Source of the DNA: Raillietiella orientalis
Taxonomy: Eukaryota
DNA length: 64,000 nt
Assembly: GCA_036172245.1 (NCBI GenBank)
Contig: JAYWIR010000063.1
Location: 434,001-498,000 of the forward strand
Direction: 5' to 3'
Under the pieces are notes generated by a model. It was not told the origin of the DNA, did not search any database, and saw only the letters and a list, made by a program, of their open reading frames with translations. Shown in pieces: positions 38,550-51,500 of the stretch. Made by a program: the position numbers and the translations under genes. How positions within the stretch are numbered: the first letter of the stretch is position 1; every line of letters starts with the position of its first letter.

Positions 38550-39899
38550 CTGTCTGGATCACTGAAACGACACCAAGTTCCCTGAATCTGCAGTTGGCCA
38601 TGAAAGGGATGAACAAATTCGAAATCCGCAAAGATAAGAGGTACACAATTTCCGAAGGTCCGATGCTCCCATATCATTGGGTTCACGTCACATAACTTCC
38701 GTGCAACCAGAAAACGGCGGTAGGATTCCAACAGGGACGCTGAGTGTAGCTAAGGAAGAAGTTGATTACCCACTGCTGACGAGTACCATAAGAGAAAGTG
38801 GCACGAAACAGCGATAACCCAGAAAATAAAAACTCCATGCGCACAAATGGACCGCGGATACGAAGCATCTGGTTGTGGCCTTCTGGGAATCCGTTGCTGG
38901 CCGGTCGGGTCATGGGGGTTCCTGGAAGACTTATGCGAGTTTTGTTTCTTACGTCCATACACGGAAATTTTTGGAAAACAAGCCGTTTTGGACATCCTCC
39001 CTCGCTCTGGGATTTCGAATTCCATCACAGTCTTTACGACCAACCGATTTCAAAGCTTGCGGCATGACAAATGACCGGACGAAATGAAGACGATGGCTGC
39101 ACCGCTGGACCAGCCGTCATTGCGCTGCCGAAAGTTTCCCCCGGAAACACCACTTTCAAGAGTGACACGTGAGCGTTTGGGTGCCACACGACTCGTTCCC
39201 CGCAGGGCACTTTTCTCCAAAGCTCGATTCGCCAACAAAGAATGAAGTGGCACTGAAACTGACCGGCAGCTTAGCAGAAGCGCCCACGTGCGTGGACTGT
39301 TCAACGAAAGGAGGAAAGGACAGCAGTTCAACCACGGGAAAATGAGAAATTCCTCGCAAGTGAAATTCCACGCTTCAAGATCATATTAGGCGGAGTCAGC
39401 TTTAAAAAGAAGTGCCTGTCGCGTACTCCTTCTCTTCCGTCACGGGCGACGGACTCGAAGACGTGAGAAGTATGACCGGGAATCGACGTTGTTTCGTCGC
39501 TTGCACGTTGCGCCACGCGAGGCTCACTCCTCCACATGCCGGCCACCGACTGTGTCTTTGCTGAGGGTCCATCCCATGTGGAACTGCAGCTGCGGTGTTC
39601 GTCAAAAGTTGCCGACCTTAGTCCTCCCGGTACGGTCGCTCAGAACGTAGTCGAGAGCGAGTTTACCAGCATCAGGTCTCTGTGTCGAACACGAAAGGAG
39701 AGCCGGGCATTCTTTTCATCCCGTGGGAACTACCAGCGCGACGCAGGACCTACTGGTTAATGCGGAACTTATCTGAGGAGCAACGGTCGCTCCTCATGTC
39801 CAGTCATGAAGGGCAGGCAAAGGCTAAAGGACGGACGATTGAGGTGGCGTGAAACCTCCCCACGATGACGGCACAGTAGCAGCAGACTACGTCGGATTC

Positions 39900-41394
39900 G
39901 CTCGCCTGAACACTGACACACACCCAGCGTTTCTTCATCTTTGTGTACGGCTCGACATCTCTTATAAAACCCGAGATTTGGAAACGCAGAGCCTCCCCTT
40001 GAAAAGGCATTTCCTTGCTCGAATAGGAGCGCATGTTCAGGCGGCAGACCACGAAGCGGCTGGAAGCCTTGCGTTCAGCAACCATCTCTTCGCGAAGAGC
40101 AAAGCTCCAACATTCTTCGCTACCTTCGAGACCCAAGGCATCGGGGTATTGAAGAAGAATGGAATGAGCCTGCCCCGAAATCGGCACATCCGTGGCGCGC
40201 AAAGACCCTGCTTGTATTCCCTGGACAACATACACACCTTGGTCATCTCCAGCCAGTTGTGACAGTCCCGTTTCGTCATATGAGCGTCACTTGTGGGATA
40301 TCGTCGTCGACAACTGGAAGTGGGTTCAATGGTGGCGACGGCAACACCGCCCACCAACCAACACGTGAGGCGGTACAGCTGAATTCGTTTAAGTAGGCAG
40401 CCCTGCAAAACGCGAGACCACTTCTCGCATGTCAAGGTTGCAGGGCTTTCCTCCAGGGTGTATGGGAAGCGTTATTTCCGTTCCAGAACGTTCCGAAATT
40501 CATGCACGCGATTAGGATTGGAAGTGGCTGAATCGGAATGCACCACCTCAAGTACTCTGACCACGTGGATCAGCTTGCTGAGGAACATGACACCCCAACG
40601 AACAGAATGCTGCTGTTAAATGGAGTTACAGTTCACGATGAGTTAAGTCTCAACTCGCGCGTTCTGGCAGAAGCGCGGATGGGCGGTTGCACTTTCCGTC
40701 ATCGGTTTCGATGAGCACCGAATCGACAGTTCAGGTCTGGTGGAGACAAAGCTTGAAATCCCAAACACCGCCGATTTCGGTGCCCGAGCATGAGAAAGAA
40801 GAGCTTACCGCTGCACATCCGTGTCAACTTCCGCCAGACATGCACCCTCCCCCCGGACATTGGCTCTTCCTTTCCCGCGCTCTGTCGCGAGGGTGCAGTA
40901 TATCGATCGGCCGGCGCCAGCAAAATCCTGGCGGTCCACACCGCCTCCCACGGATGAAGACCCGCCACTCAAACGTGGTATTTCGTTACCTCTGCGAAGA
41001 AGAGGGTACCACGGTGAAGATGTCCCCCGCACGTTCACTCGAGTGTGCCTTGACCCCTGACCACAAGCGGTGAGCGGTTCCTCACTGAACTCCGTTCGCC
41101 AGAAGCCGGTTTTATTTTTGCAGCCCGGAGAAAAGGAGTACGTTGGAAGTCGCCAAGATAAAACGTCCAGTAAGACACCACTACCAAGTGCCCAGGGCAC
41201 CAGCTGCATTCCCAGGGGACAACCCACGGAAGCAAATCATGGAGCCTGATTCTTCTCTTTATCTTGGACTGTTGACTGTTACGGAAATCCCAGCGACTCT
41301 GATAGTCATCGAAATGGACTGCGTGCCTGTTTCCTAGCAGAGAGTGCTCGCACGTTGGAACTGCGTCAGCATCCCAAGCTACTGGAGATCTCAC
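39900..41394 (-). mobile_element. Continuation of the degenerate LINE beyond the right repeat arm (endonuclease to RT)
   Basis: In the expected order: YLGDF (~41150), LHPWEAVWT..RSIY (~40900-40960), EKWSRVLQGCL (~40400), VQGIQAGSL and LLQYPDAL (RT QG and YADD-like motifs, ~40135-40230). Confidence 0.5.
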
Positions 41395-43618
41395 CCGCAG
41401 CTGGACACGCCCACTCCAGTTCGCTGCTGGTCTTCAGAGACGCTTTCTCCGAGATTCGCCTGTAGCGCTCACTTCCAGGTGTCGAACCTGTGACGCGACG
41501 TCTCGTCGCACGTACGGTTGCCATGCCGATGCACCAGAGACCTGTAGGGTGAGGAGCTGAGGACTGCAGAGGAGAGGAAGCCCATGGCTTCTGAGACTCA
41601 AAGGGCGTCCAAGATGCTTCGGCGGCCTCCCCCGCTCACGGACTGGCATCGTGCCCGTGAGTCTCCCTGCCAACTGGAAAATACAATCGGATCTCAAAGA
41701 AGGGTTCCGCTTACCTGTTGTTTCCTGGACGCACAGGAGCTCCCGGCCTCGCCGACCCCATGGCCGGGAAGTGGCTCATGGACGAGCAGCTCGACACTGC
41801 AGCAGCTGCGCTTCCTTGATTCCTGCAGTGGCTGCATGGTCTCCGGTTCCACGACCCTTTGGGGCGATGCTCCATTCTCTTTCCCTGGCCCCAGGTGCTC
41901 AGACGCGGGAAGGCTTCTCTTACGGCGGGCAACTGGAAATTCCCAGCAGCTTCACTTGCGGCCACCCTCTCTCCGGGAAGGTCGCCTTCCGCTCCCCACG
42001 GTACTGATTCAGGACGAAGGGGGTCTGCGGCGGGCCCTCCGAACCAGAATCCCCTTCGGCCGGTCGGTCTGCGTCCGTGGGAGCAGGAGACGGTGCCGAT
42101 AGCGTCGCCGTCGCTTGGACACCGGTCCTGGAAGGAGGAGCAACGATTTCCCCCCGAACGAGTGCTTCCCTTGATTTTCCCTTGGCCGTCTCCTCCTGGA
42201 GCTGGGGACAGGGGCACCACCGCCAGAGTCCGCGAAGCGGCAGTGGCTCCAAGTCCTCCTTCTTCTGCTGCACTGCATCCGGAAGACTTCCCATCCATGG
42301 GTTCGTCCTCCCGCAGGCAGAGGGTCTCCAGCAACTTCCCCACACTCTCCATCGTTACGGAAAACCAAGTTTCCGTGTTTTCTTCTTCGCTCAGCTGCCC
42401 ACTTGGTTGCCTTGGGTTACGGGAAGGGTGCGAGCTTCGTATCGTCCGGATGAGAGGATCGCGTCCCAAGCGGACCACGCGCGGACTGGTCCATTCCTGT
42501 GGGCGAATGTGAGGAGCGACGCGCGTCTGCGGAAGCGATCTCTCTTTCGCTAGGGCCACAAGCAGGGATGAGCCGAGCGGCGTCGAGATCTCATCTTCTC
42601 GAAGATGTCTACTCGGGTTTTAGGTCAACTCAAAAACGGGTTCAAGAGGTCCAGGCAAAATCGTTCCTTCGTCAGCCAACACAGCCTTTCCTTTTCTTTT
42701 TCTCCATTTGGGGCTTCCTTTGAGTCTTCCCACCGTGTGGGAGATTTTGCGCTCCTTCTTCTTCGTCTGGGCATTCCCTAGGTCTCTCCTGACAACACTC
42801 TGCAGGTCATGTTGCAAACGTCGTATGAATCCTCGTCATCCACTAGGATTGCTCGTTTTCCGGTGCTCACCGAATGCATATGGGAATGCGCGTTTCGTGC
42901 AACAGAAGGTGGAGCAATCAGCCAATGGATCTCAAAAAACAGCGTCCTCCTGCACAGCAGTGTGTCAACAGAAGTGCTTGACGTCACTCTTAAGAAGGTC
43001 TAAGATACGGGTTCCTCGAAAAATGCGATTTTTGGAGCCAAGGGGCGTTCCGATATGGTCGTTGGGCACTTTCTTGCCTGCGCAGAAACACAGCAGAAAC
43101 CGCCACACCCCTGCGAATACGGTAAGGGGAAAGTGACGTACAAAGTACAAAGCCAAACTTCAACTTGCAATAGGCAAGCAGTGGAACTGACAGCGAAATC
43201 AAGAAATCTACAGGAGGTTTTCCCTATGCAAAGAGCACGACGATCCCTCCTACCGCACGGAAGAAATTCATCCTGAACGAATTCGCGACGCACCGCTTGT
43301 CTCCCCACAGCTTCCGGATTCAAACTCCAATGTGCACTTCTCAGATCCCCACGATCGCAAGTCCTACAGCTTCGGAAGCAATCGCCTTCAACTTCGGGAA
43401 CACGGAATCTTCCGGGAATTTCCTGCGGCGAGGACTCGCGTTGACAAGCCGTGAGGAAAACGGAAGGTTCCATTTCATCCTCCTCCGTTCGCGTGGGCTG
43501 CTCACTCCAGAACCCTCCGAGTGTTCCTCGTCCTTTCGCAAATCTCGCGAACATCCAAAAAAAAAGCAAAAGACAAGCAAGGAACGAACTTTACATGTAT
43601 CATCAGCGTCATCATCAC
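41395..43618 (-). repeat. Right arm of ~2.2 kb inverted duplication
   Basis: Reverse complement of 24350-26563, with a few substitutions, a 1-bp indel near 42833 and a small indel near 41510-41525. Confidence 0.97.
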
Positions 43619-44337
43619 TGCGGATATTTTTTCTTTGCTTGCCCTGCTATCTGGTGAAGATCCGAGCGGAGCGTCTCCGCAAAGCCATGTAGAGCGCTGC
43701 AAGATTCCGAATCCTACTGAAAGACTTGGTGGCGCCGCCCAGGATGCGGGATTGGGCATCTCCACTCTCGAGAAGACCCAACTGCCGGTGTAGTTCCGAC
43801 TTGTTTCTCTGTGTGGAAAATTTTGTGTTCCGGCGCGCCACATTCTGCAGAGATGCCTCGGCAGTTCAGGACTTCTTTCGTTGCCGCCGCGTACGCCGAA
43901 GGACTAGGTTCGACTATCTCCTGAGACATTTGCACTCGTTGCTGTTAGCCGATCCGTGGATCTGCCGCTGCACCATCAACTGAAATGCCTGGCTCTGGGA
44001 AGCTCTAGAGCACTGGATCGCCACCTTGGAGGTGCGTGCAGAGCAACTGCGACAGCTGTAGGGTCTCCTGCGCAAGCTACTGGGAGATATCCTGCAGGAT
44101 TGGACACAGTGGTCCCGGTTAGCCGTCTCACCGCTTACTGAGCGCTAACTGCCCTCAGGGCAAGCAATGTCAGCACCCGACCAGAAAGGTGGGAGTTCTG
44201 CAACATTGAAGGAGCTGAGAAACTCCTGAACGGCTGCAAGACGAGTGCGCTGGTGGACGCCGTCACTCCTTGTTTCCTGGAAAACAGACTCCTTTGGTGG
44301 AGTAATCAGCTTGGTTTTTCAGCCTGGACGACGGGAC

Positions 44338-44940
44338 GTTTATTATAAGAAATAAACATGCACGCAGGTCGGCGATCCCTGTGCCGGACGAGGAATGCGA
44401 CTCGGCACGGAGCCTTGCCGCCAATGGAGCGCCCCGCCCTCGCGACCTGCGAGATCGGCTGCTTGCTGCTCGGAGAGGGCGTGGCTCTCCTGCAGCAGGA
44501 CCAGATCGATGTCGCGAAAGACGTTAGCTACCAACCGCCTCTTCTCGTTGTCCTGCAGCCCGTTGACGTTCCCACAGGCCACGCGGAAGCGACGAGAAGA
44601 TGTGAGACCGCGCATCACTGCTGCGGACATCGCTGGAGGTGCGTTCCTTGCCCCTCCCGGCCAGGCATCAGCCGGGAGCATGGCGGATTGGGGAGCGGAG
44701 CCGCCCCCGGTCTCCGCCGCGCCTCATGCGGCTGGCTCGGTGGAGTCGAGGACCATCGCCTCGGGCTCCGAGGAGCATCGGGAACCGTTCAGGCTCGCGC
44801 CTGGAAAGTTTCGGCTTGTGCGCATCCCCAGGTTGACCCGGGGCTTGGTGCACTTACGCGCTGCAATCAGACTTCAGCTCGACTTCGCGAGGCAGCCGTT
44901 TTGCCTGTCTGCTTTTCTGCTGGCAGCTTAAAGCTGGCCT
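44338..44940 (-). mobile_element. Internally deleted L1/Tx1 element: ORF2 endonuclease N-terminus fused to the 3' tail
   Basis: RFRVACGNVNGLQDNEKRRLVANVFRDIDLVLLQESH (AP endonuclease motifs NVNG and LQExH), followed after ~110 nt by GACCTGCGTGC-ATGTTTATTTCTTATAATAAAC, which resembles the 3' end at 21750-21847. Confidence 0.75.
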
Positions 44941-44989
44941 GAAGTGAACGAGTATGTGTTCATATCCACATGCTCTCCTTCCAACGTTG

Positions 44990-45415
44990 ATGATTTCATG
45001 TTTTCATTCAAATGTTTGCATTCAGCTGCTTGCAATTACGTTTGCATTAATGTGTTAGTGTTCAGATGTCCGTATTTATATGTGAGAATTCATACATTTG
45101 GGCTTACAATTTCGGATTCAGTTAATCAGATTTTTATGTACACATTTATGCATTTGTATTAACGTACGTATGCATCCATGCACCCATGCTGGTAAACTTT
45201 TATTAACATGCTGATACCCATATTCTTATATTCTCATACAGACATGAACATGTTTATATTCATATTAAAATGTATTTATGCACACATTCCATTGCGAAAA
45301 TTTACATAAATTTTATATACATAGCCTTTTATGCATATGGAGAATGCACATCTTTTATTACCGCATGTTTATATGCAAATATATAGGTTACACATATACA
45401 TGTTGAACATATATC
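44990..45415. repeat. AT-rich low-complexity tract (degenerate TATG/CATA/TACA)
   Basis: Dense tatg/cata/acat words within a GC-rich block. A similar tract lies at ~3775-3960. Confidence 0.5.
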
Positions 45416-46586
45416 TTTGTGATCTTTTCGGAGCATCATAGTTCTCTCATCCCCATTTTCCGCGGAGTCTCGCATCTCAGGATGATCCAGAACTGGGAAT
45501 GCATCCTTGGATACGTTTCAGAGACCAGCAGCTGTGCGCTCATCTTATTCGCTTTACCTCCCTTAGTTCTTCCTTCCCACTCATGTCTGTGGTCTCTTGA
45601 ACACCATAAGACTTCCTCATGCTTTGGACAAATAGAATATGATACATATACGCAAATACGATCCCCCCCCCCCTGCCAAAAAGGGGATTGAATGTCGCTT
45701 TGTTTGCTAAATGTTGCAGCATTGCTCCAGTGGGAGTTCCCGGTTCCCATACACCCTTGGTTTGAGATAATATCCTTCAACAAATGCTGAGTGCAACTAC
45801 CGTGAACTCGAGGGACTCTTAGACTTTGTAAAAAGGGAGGCATTGAAAGGCAATGAGAACCATCGAAGCCGAGTGCACGTTGCGAGCTCGTACAACCTCA
45901 TTGGTGCTATGGGATTCCACTCATGCTGTTCTCTAGGAACATAGCATTGGCCTCAGTGTCCCCTTATTTCGGATAACGCGGAAAAGTGGGAGACGCATTA
46001 CAAATCGCGGTCGGCCATCGAAACGATATTCTCAGATGATGCGGACGGAGATTGAAAAACTCAGAGAACGATGCAATTCCATCCCAAGTAGCCACGTGAA
46101 GGTCAAAGGCTTTCGACGACCACGCATTCGGCGTCCACATTGCTTGAGGGCTAAGTTTGGAAAGAAGAACGTCAGCCAGTCGCCCACCGCCTGCCTCTGG
46201 CCATTTGACTAGACGCCTTCTCAACATCCTCATTATGGAGGCAACCTGCAATCCTTCGCCATGGTGGCTGTACAACGCGCGTTGCTGCGGAGGCTCACTC
46301 GTCGGAGATTCAGAACCGTAGGTTACCATTGAGGAAGCGCAAACGAATTCTTCCCTCCTGCAGCACATCGCGCTCCACTGCGGTCACAAACCGTGGGGTC
46401 TTGCAACTGCATGCAGGGAGTTCCCACCAGGCTACCCATCTTCAGCAGCATCTCCCTCTACTTTGTGAAAACCGGAACCTGCAATTCACTAAACCTCAGA
46501 GCACCGATGCATCACGGCTGCATCAGTTGTAAGCAACTGCATGGAGATTTCTGGAAGTTGCTCCATTTGCTCACCCTCGCCTGGCG

Positions 46587-49500
46587 GTGATGCAGACATG
46601 GCGTGTGAACGAAAACTGGAAAACGTGCAGCTATCCTTCGCAAAATCTGTTAAACAGAGATGCGTGCGATGTCTTCATTTTCCCAGCATGTGCTGATGAG
46701 AACTTTGAGAGCCGTTCACAGAGAACATCGGATGGATTCTGCCTTTTCTCTCGGCGGAATGGGAAAAAGTTTGTTGGAGGGTTTCCAGAAAGAAGGAAAA
46801 GTATGGAAAAAGAAACATTCACGAGGGTGAGCCAAGAGGAATGCGGAAAAGAAGCAGCAAAAAGTGCTGCTTCAGATGCAGCCATGATGCATAACATCAA
46901 TCTGATATCGAAGGGAGAAAGCAGTTTTCTATTTTTATGTAACCAGGACGAAACTCTGAATTACAAACGTTTCACGGCTGCCCTTACCAAAGGCATCATT
47001 GGGGAATCCCTTTATCCTGAACTCCTCTGTGGGTGCCTCACTCAAGGAAAATGCCTACAAATACTTGTCCTTGCATTTCGCTTCCTTTCACCACCAGGAG
47101 CTCACCATGGGCGGCGCAAACAGGGCTCCAAAAATGCCAAGAAGAGGTTTCTAAGGAGTATTCGCGCAGACACCTGTCCACGCCAGACAGGAAGAAGCAT
47201 CACCATGGTAACCGAATCACACGCGCACACATCTACGAGTTGCGTCTCCATATGGGAATCATTTTTGGATCAAATTTTTCCTTATAGTAGAATCATTGAA
47301 AGATTAGGTGCATGCACGATTGTGCCTGAACGAATGAACCGTGACCTTTGGAAATCCAAGATTTCCAAATGTTCCCTATCGTACAAACAAACCCAACCTT
47401 CGTGAGTTTCACATATGGTTATTCCTGAAGCAGCCTCTTTACTTCTGCGGTCTAAAAAGCATGGAATCCTCTAAAACGCCAAAGAAGTCGTTCCTTCCTC
47501 CCGGCACAGTGTGTGTGTCTTTCGCATTTTCTCCGCGAAAACTGTAGGCTCCCCCACAAAATTGAAATCGGCAATGAATTTCTCGAGGTTCGTTAGGTGG
47601 GGCAGCCTACATATTGCGGGCAATGCAGGACGTTCGGGCAGCTGAAAAAGAGATGTCCGGACGCAGAATGCCCTACGTGCGGCGAGAAGGGCCACACAAT
47701 CGTAATGTGCCCCAAGAACGTCGCTCCACTGCCGGAAACCACGGATCGAAAGAAGGCGGAGAAAATCAAGCGAGAAAAAAAAAACGAAATGACCAACCCC
47801 CAGCAAGGAAAAAGTTTGTGCAGCCAAATGAGGAATGCGAAAAAGGGCACCGTAATCAAGATGTCGGGGACGAAGGCTGGCAGTTGGTCATCGTCAACGA
47901 AAAGGGAAACGGATAGGAAAACGCCCAAAAAGAAGAAGCGAAAGGCGAGGAAGAATCCTAGCCCCACGAATGAGTCAAAAAGCGCCGCGCGGGCTCGGTC
48001 GAGGGAAAAGCCGTAGGGCGAGCCACACCCGTCGCTGCAAAAGCGCTGACACAACGGGGCCGAGCGTGAGTAAGCACGAGCGAGATTTCGAGCAAGCAGC
48101 GACCACTCTGCAACAGTCGCCTGAGGCCGCGAAAAAGGCCGTCAGGCGTTCGGCAGAAGCGAAAGGACGGCAATCGTCCGCTTCCGGTGTCAGCGCTCCC
48201 TCCGTCACTCTCCCAAAATGGACGGCTGGTCGCCAGTCCGGGAACCCGACGCGGCTCGTTTGCCCTCAGGAGAAAAAAGGAAGGAATGGAAACGCACGCG
48301 AAAGCATGCAACGAGACCGTGGAATGATTTGAGGCACGTGGGCGCCCGTGGAGGAAAAAGCGAGACCACCTCCCGCCCAAGGAATGCGAGATGGTCCAGG
48401 AGCCAATGTCGGTGCGGTGCGCGCTGCATCAGGAAAGCGTATAGCGGGCATGCAGCCATGCACTTTTCTGATCTTTTCCTCTGCATGCACAGAATTTCCT
48501 CTTTCTCCCGAAGACACTTTCTAGTCGGAGGTCGTCATAGTGTGACCTTGGATTCGGAGCTGGAAGGTAACGACAGAAGCATCGGGTTGCACAGGAAAGG
48601 GTTTTCCCGAATGGCTGCTTGAAGAAGTAAACGACTTTATCCGCGGAATTGGGGTGATGCGCCCAAAATTTTCGCGTTTGCGTTCCGCAGCTGCCCACGC
48701 TGTGGTCACGTTTCCTGCATTCAATGGATGCTCAAGTGGACAACAGGCTTCCCACGTGCCGGCTGTAAGGAAAAGATTTTCCCCTGAAAAGGTGCACTGA
48801 GGCGACCTCCATGTGTGCGGAGTGCAGGTGACCTTGCAAACAGAATCCCAGTTTCTCGATTCCGGTGTGCACTCTCCAGTGAGAAAAAGAATCGAATGGC
48901 AACAGACGTGAAAAGGGGAGATCGAAACAGCAATAAGGAACCTGCAGAACCACGCACGTGATGTGCTAGAAGCTTATTGAATGAAACCATCACGTACAGC
49001 ACACATTCGTTTGCTTTTCTTTCCGGGCGGCAAGAGGTGATTCACACTACTCTGAACTCTTCAAAAATGAGCACCACCAAGCAGTTCGAACACGGAAACC
49101 AACAGTTAATGGTGAATGGTGTTTCCACAAGAAGAACTCGATTCAAAGGTGCATCCCTGAAATGAAAGTTTTGTTAGTGGATGGGACTCCAGCACCCGGA
49201 AAGCGCTGTGTATCGCGTGTGCGGATTCCCAGTTTTCCGAAGACTCAACGAAAGTGGTCTTCACCAAAACTCGAAATGAGTACTATTCCATATTTGACCT
49301 CTCGCTGGAAAAACGGTCAGCTGCTCGGTTGTTGGATGTGTCACAGCCGTGAAAGTTCAAGTGCGCTTCCTGCGAGGTGAGAAGCAGCTGCGCTGATGGG
49401 GCAGAAGATTCAGTTGGTTCCGATTTCCAGGCAACACTGCAGGAAAAAGCACGATGGTCCTTGCGATTGAGAATGTTACTGAGCGATTCCGTGCAGAATG

Positions 49501-49700
49501 GGCACTATGCAAACAATTCTGCAAGCACCATACAAAGTACAGGAATTCGGAGTTCACTGAGGACCACAACGTTGGGGATACGAGTCATAAAAGGCAATGT
49601 TTTACGGAAAGCCTTCAAACGAGCACATTACAAACCGTTATGCGTGTACACTCCACTATGCGTACTATTGCGACGCTAAAAGAAGAATTACTCTCTTCTT
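46587..49700 (+). mobile_element. Degenerate L1/Tx1 element: ORF1 with tandem zinc knuckles, then endonuclease and linker remnants
   Basis: GQPTYCGQCRTFGQLKKRCPDAECPTCGEKGHTIVMCP (two CCHC knuckles) at 47600-47715, then a basic tail, LVGGRHSVTLD (GGDFN-like) near 48520 and EWALCKQFCKHHTK near 49500. The 272-aa ORF at 46587 may be the ORF1 N-terminus. Confidence 0.65.
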
Positions 49701-49899
49701 TGGCCCAATTAGTATAGCATTGACACTCCTTTGGAGCTCCTTTTACTAAGAGTATGACTTTGTAATTTTCACCAAAATACTCCTGAAATCAGTGATCACA
49801 TTTTTGGTAATATACATTCCTGGTACCTGGAATTTAAAAAAGCAAATCAGCGTATACAGAAGCATGGATATCCTCCTCCATTGCAGCGAACTTGGATTC

Positions 49900-51500
49900 A
49901 TTTCAGACGTACGATTCTGGGAAGTCACGAGGTCAACTGCACAATCCGTGGTATCGTCTTTCAAGAAAGAAAGAAAAATCTGCACCGCTTTCGGAGGAGT
50001 AACCGGCAGTGTGTACGTTGGTCGACACAGCCAAACCAGAATGATCGGACAGCCTGGACCGTACCTTGTTGCGCCTGCCCACGCGGGAGCGAAGGTGCTG
50101 GTCAACGAGTACACGGTCCACCTGTCCTCCATTCGCGTATCTCCGGAACACAAGCTGCGCGTGTGCATCGACGCGCACAACTCGTTGACCCGGTCTCGCA
50201 GTTGGTCGCACGCAACCGACGGCAGGCGAAGGTTCAACTCAGCTGCCACAGGGTATGCTTTTTCCACGCCCGCTTCAACTTGGGGTTTCAAGGCACGGAA
50301 GAATTCCCTCCTTTCGTTTGCCGTGACTGCGTTAGCGCCCCAGGGGACGTAGCGTTCGCAACGACCAGGTCGAGGAAGTCGGACCACCTGATAGTCAGCT
50401 GGCCGACACGCTATTGATCGTCTGAGCGAACACTCCGTGATGCGCCCTCGATGGCCGGCTGAAGCAGGAAGCCAAATACGCAGGTCTTTTTTCTGCCACA
50501 GCAGCCGCCCGCATGAGATCCGTTCCTTCTCCTGCGCTTGTTCTGCGAAAGTCACGTGGATGTCCAGGAAAAGCGCAAAGTCCAAGGACCGTAGGATGGA
50601 TGGCGGCCATGTCCCGTCTCCTGCCGTCGTGTGTCATGCCGTCATTCACGTTCCGAACGACGATTCGCAGACGACGGCGAGAGGCGGTTCCCGGCATTCA
50701 GGCTGGGAAGGTGCCGCTGTAGCTCCCGTTGGCTCCTCGGAGGGAGGGATGGGGCCATAACGGCGACAGCCTCCTCAGGTACCTGAAGCACCTGGAAGGA
50801 TTCCGCCCCGTCCACCCTCATCGCGTCGGAGTCGGAAATCTGGATTGCAAGCCCTTCGCCTCGAGGCTTTTTTTGCGACCTCGGAAGGTCGCCGCAGCGA
50901 GCTCTTCGGCCGCGCGTTCAAACGCGACGTCATCGAGCGCGGCCTGGACGAAGGACGCCGCCGCAGGCTCGCTAGCCTTCGTGTTGAGATTGCTGGAGGG
51001 CTGGCAATCGGCAGCGGAGGGTTCAGCTTTGGAGCACTGTTTCGCCGCAGCAATGCGTTCCATAAGAACAGAAAAGCTTTCTGTTTTCTCACGGCGCGAC
51101 GAATTTTCGCTGCTTTTCGCGATTTCTCTTTCTTTCTGTTTCTGCTCTTTTTTGAACATCCTGGTCTGGACCACCCGCCAGGCAGCTTCTTGTCCGGTTT
51201 CCTCTACCCTATCGGCATTTTCCAATGGGATGTCGGATGCGGCCTTGGGCTTTGGGACGAAGACCGTTTCCTTAGCAGCGGATCGCGTTCTTACTTTCTT
51301 CCTTTTCCTCGCAGACGCGACGCGGCCCACGCTTTTGTGGCATATCGGACGGGAATGCCGCATGGTTTGGCAAAGGTGACACTGTACTTTCAAACACTGT
51401 CCTTTTTCTTGCTTCCACCTTTCCATTCAAGAATTCGTTTTCCGCCTGGATTCCTTCCCCCATCTTTCCTCCATTCCATCGTATTGCTGTAACCAAACCA
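49900..51500 (-). mobile_element. Degenerate L1/Tx1 element: ORF1 zinc knuckle and ORF2 start
   Basis: QCHLCQTMRHSRPIC (CX2CX4HX4C) in ORF 50818-51426, followed by LRIVVRNVND and DFALFLDIH (endonuclease start motifs) at ~50555-50670. Confidence 0.65.
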
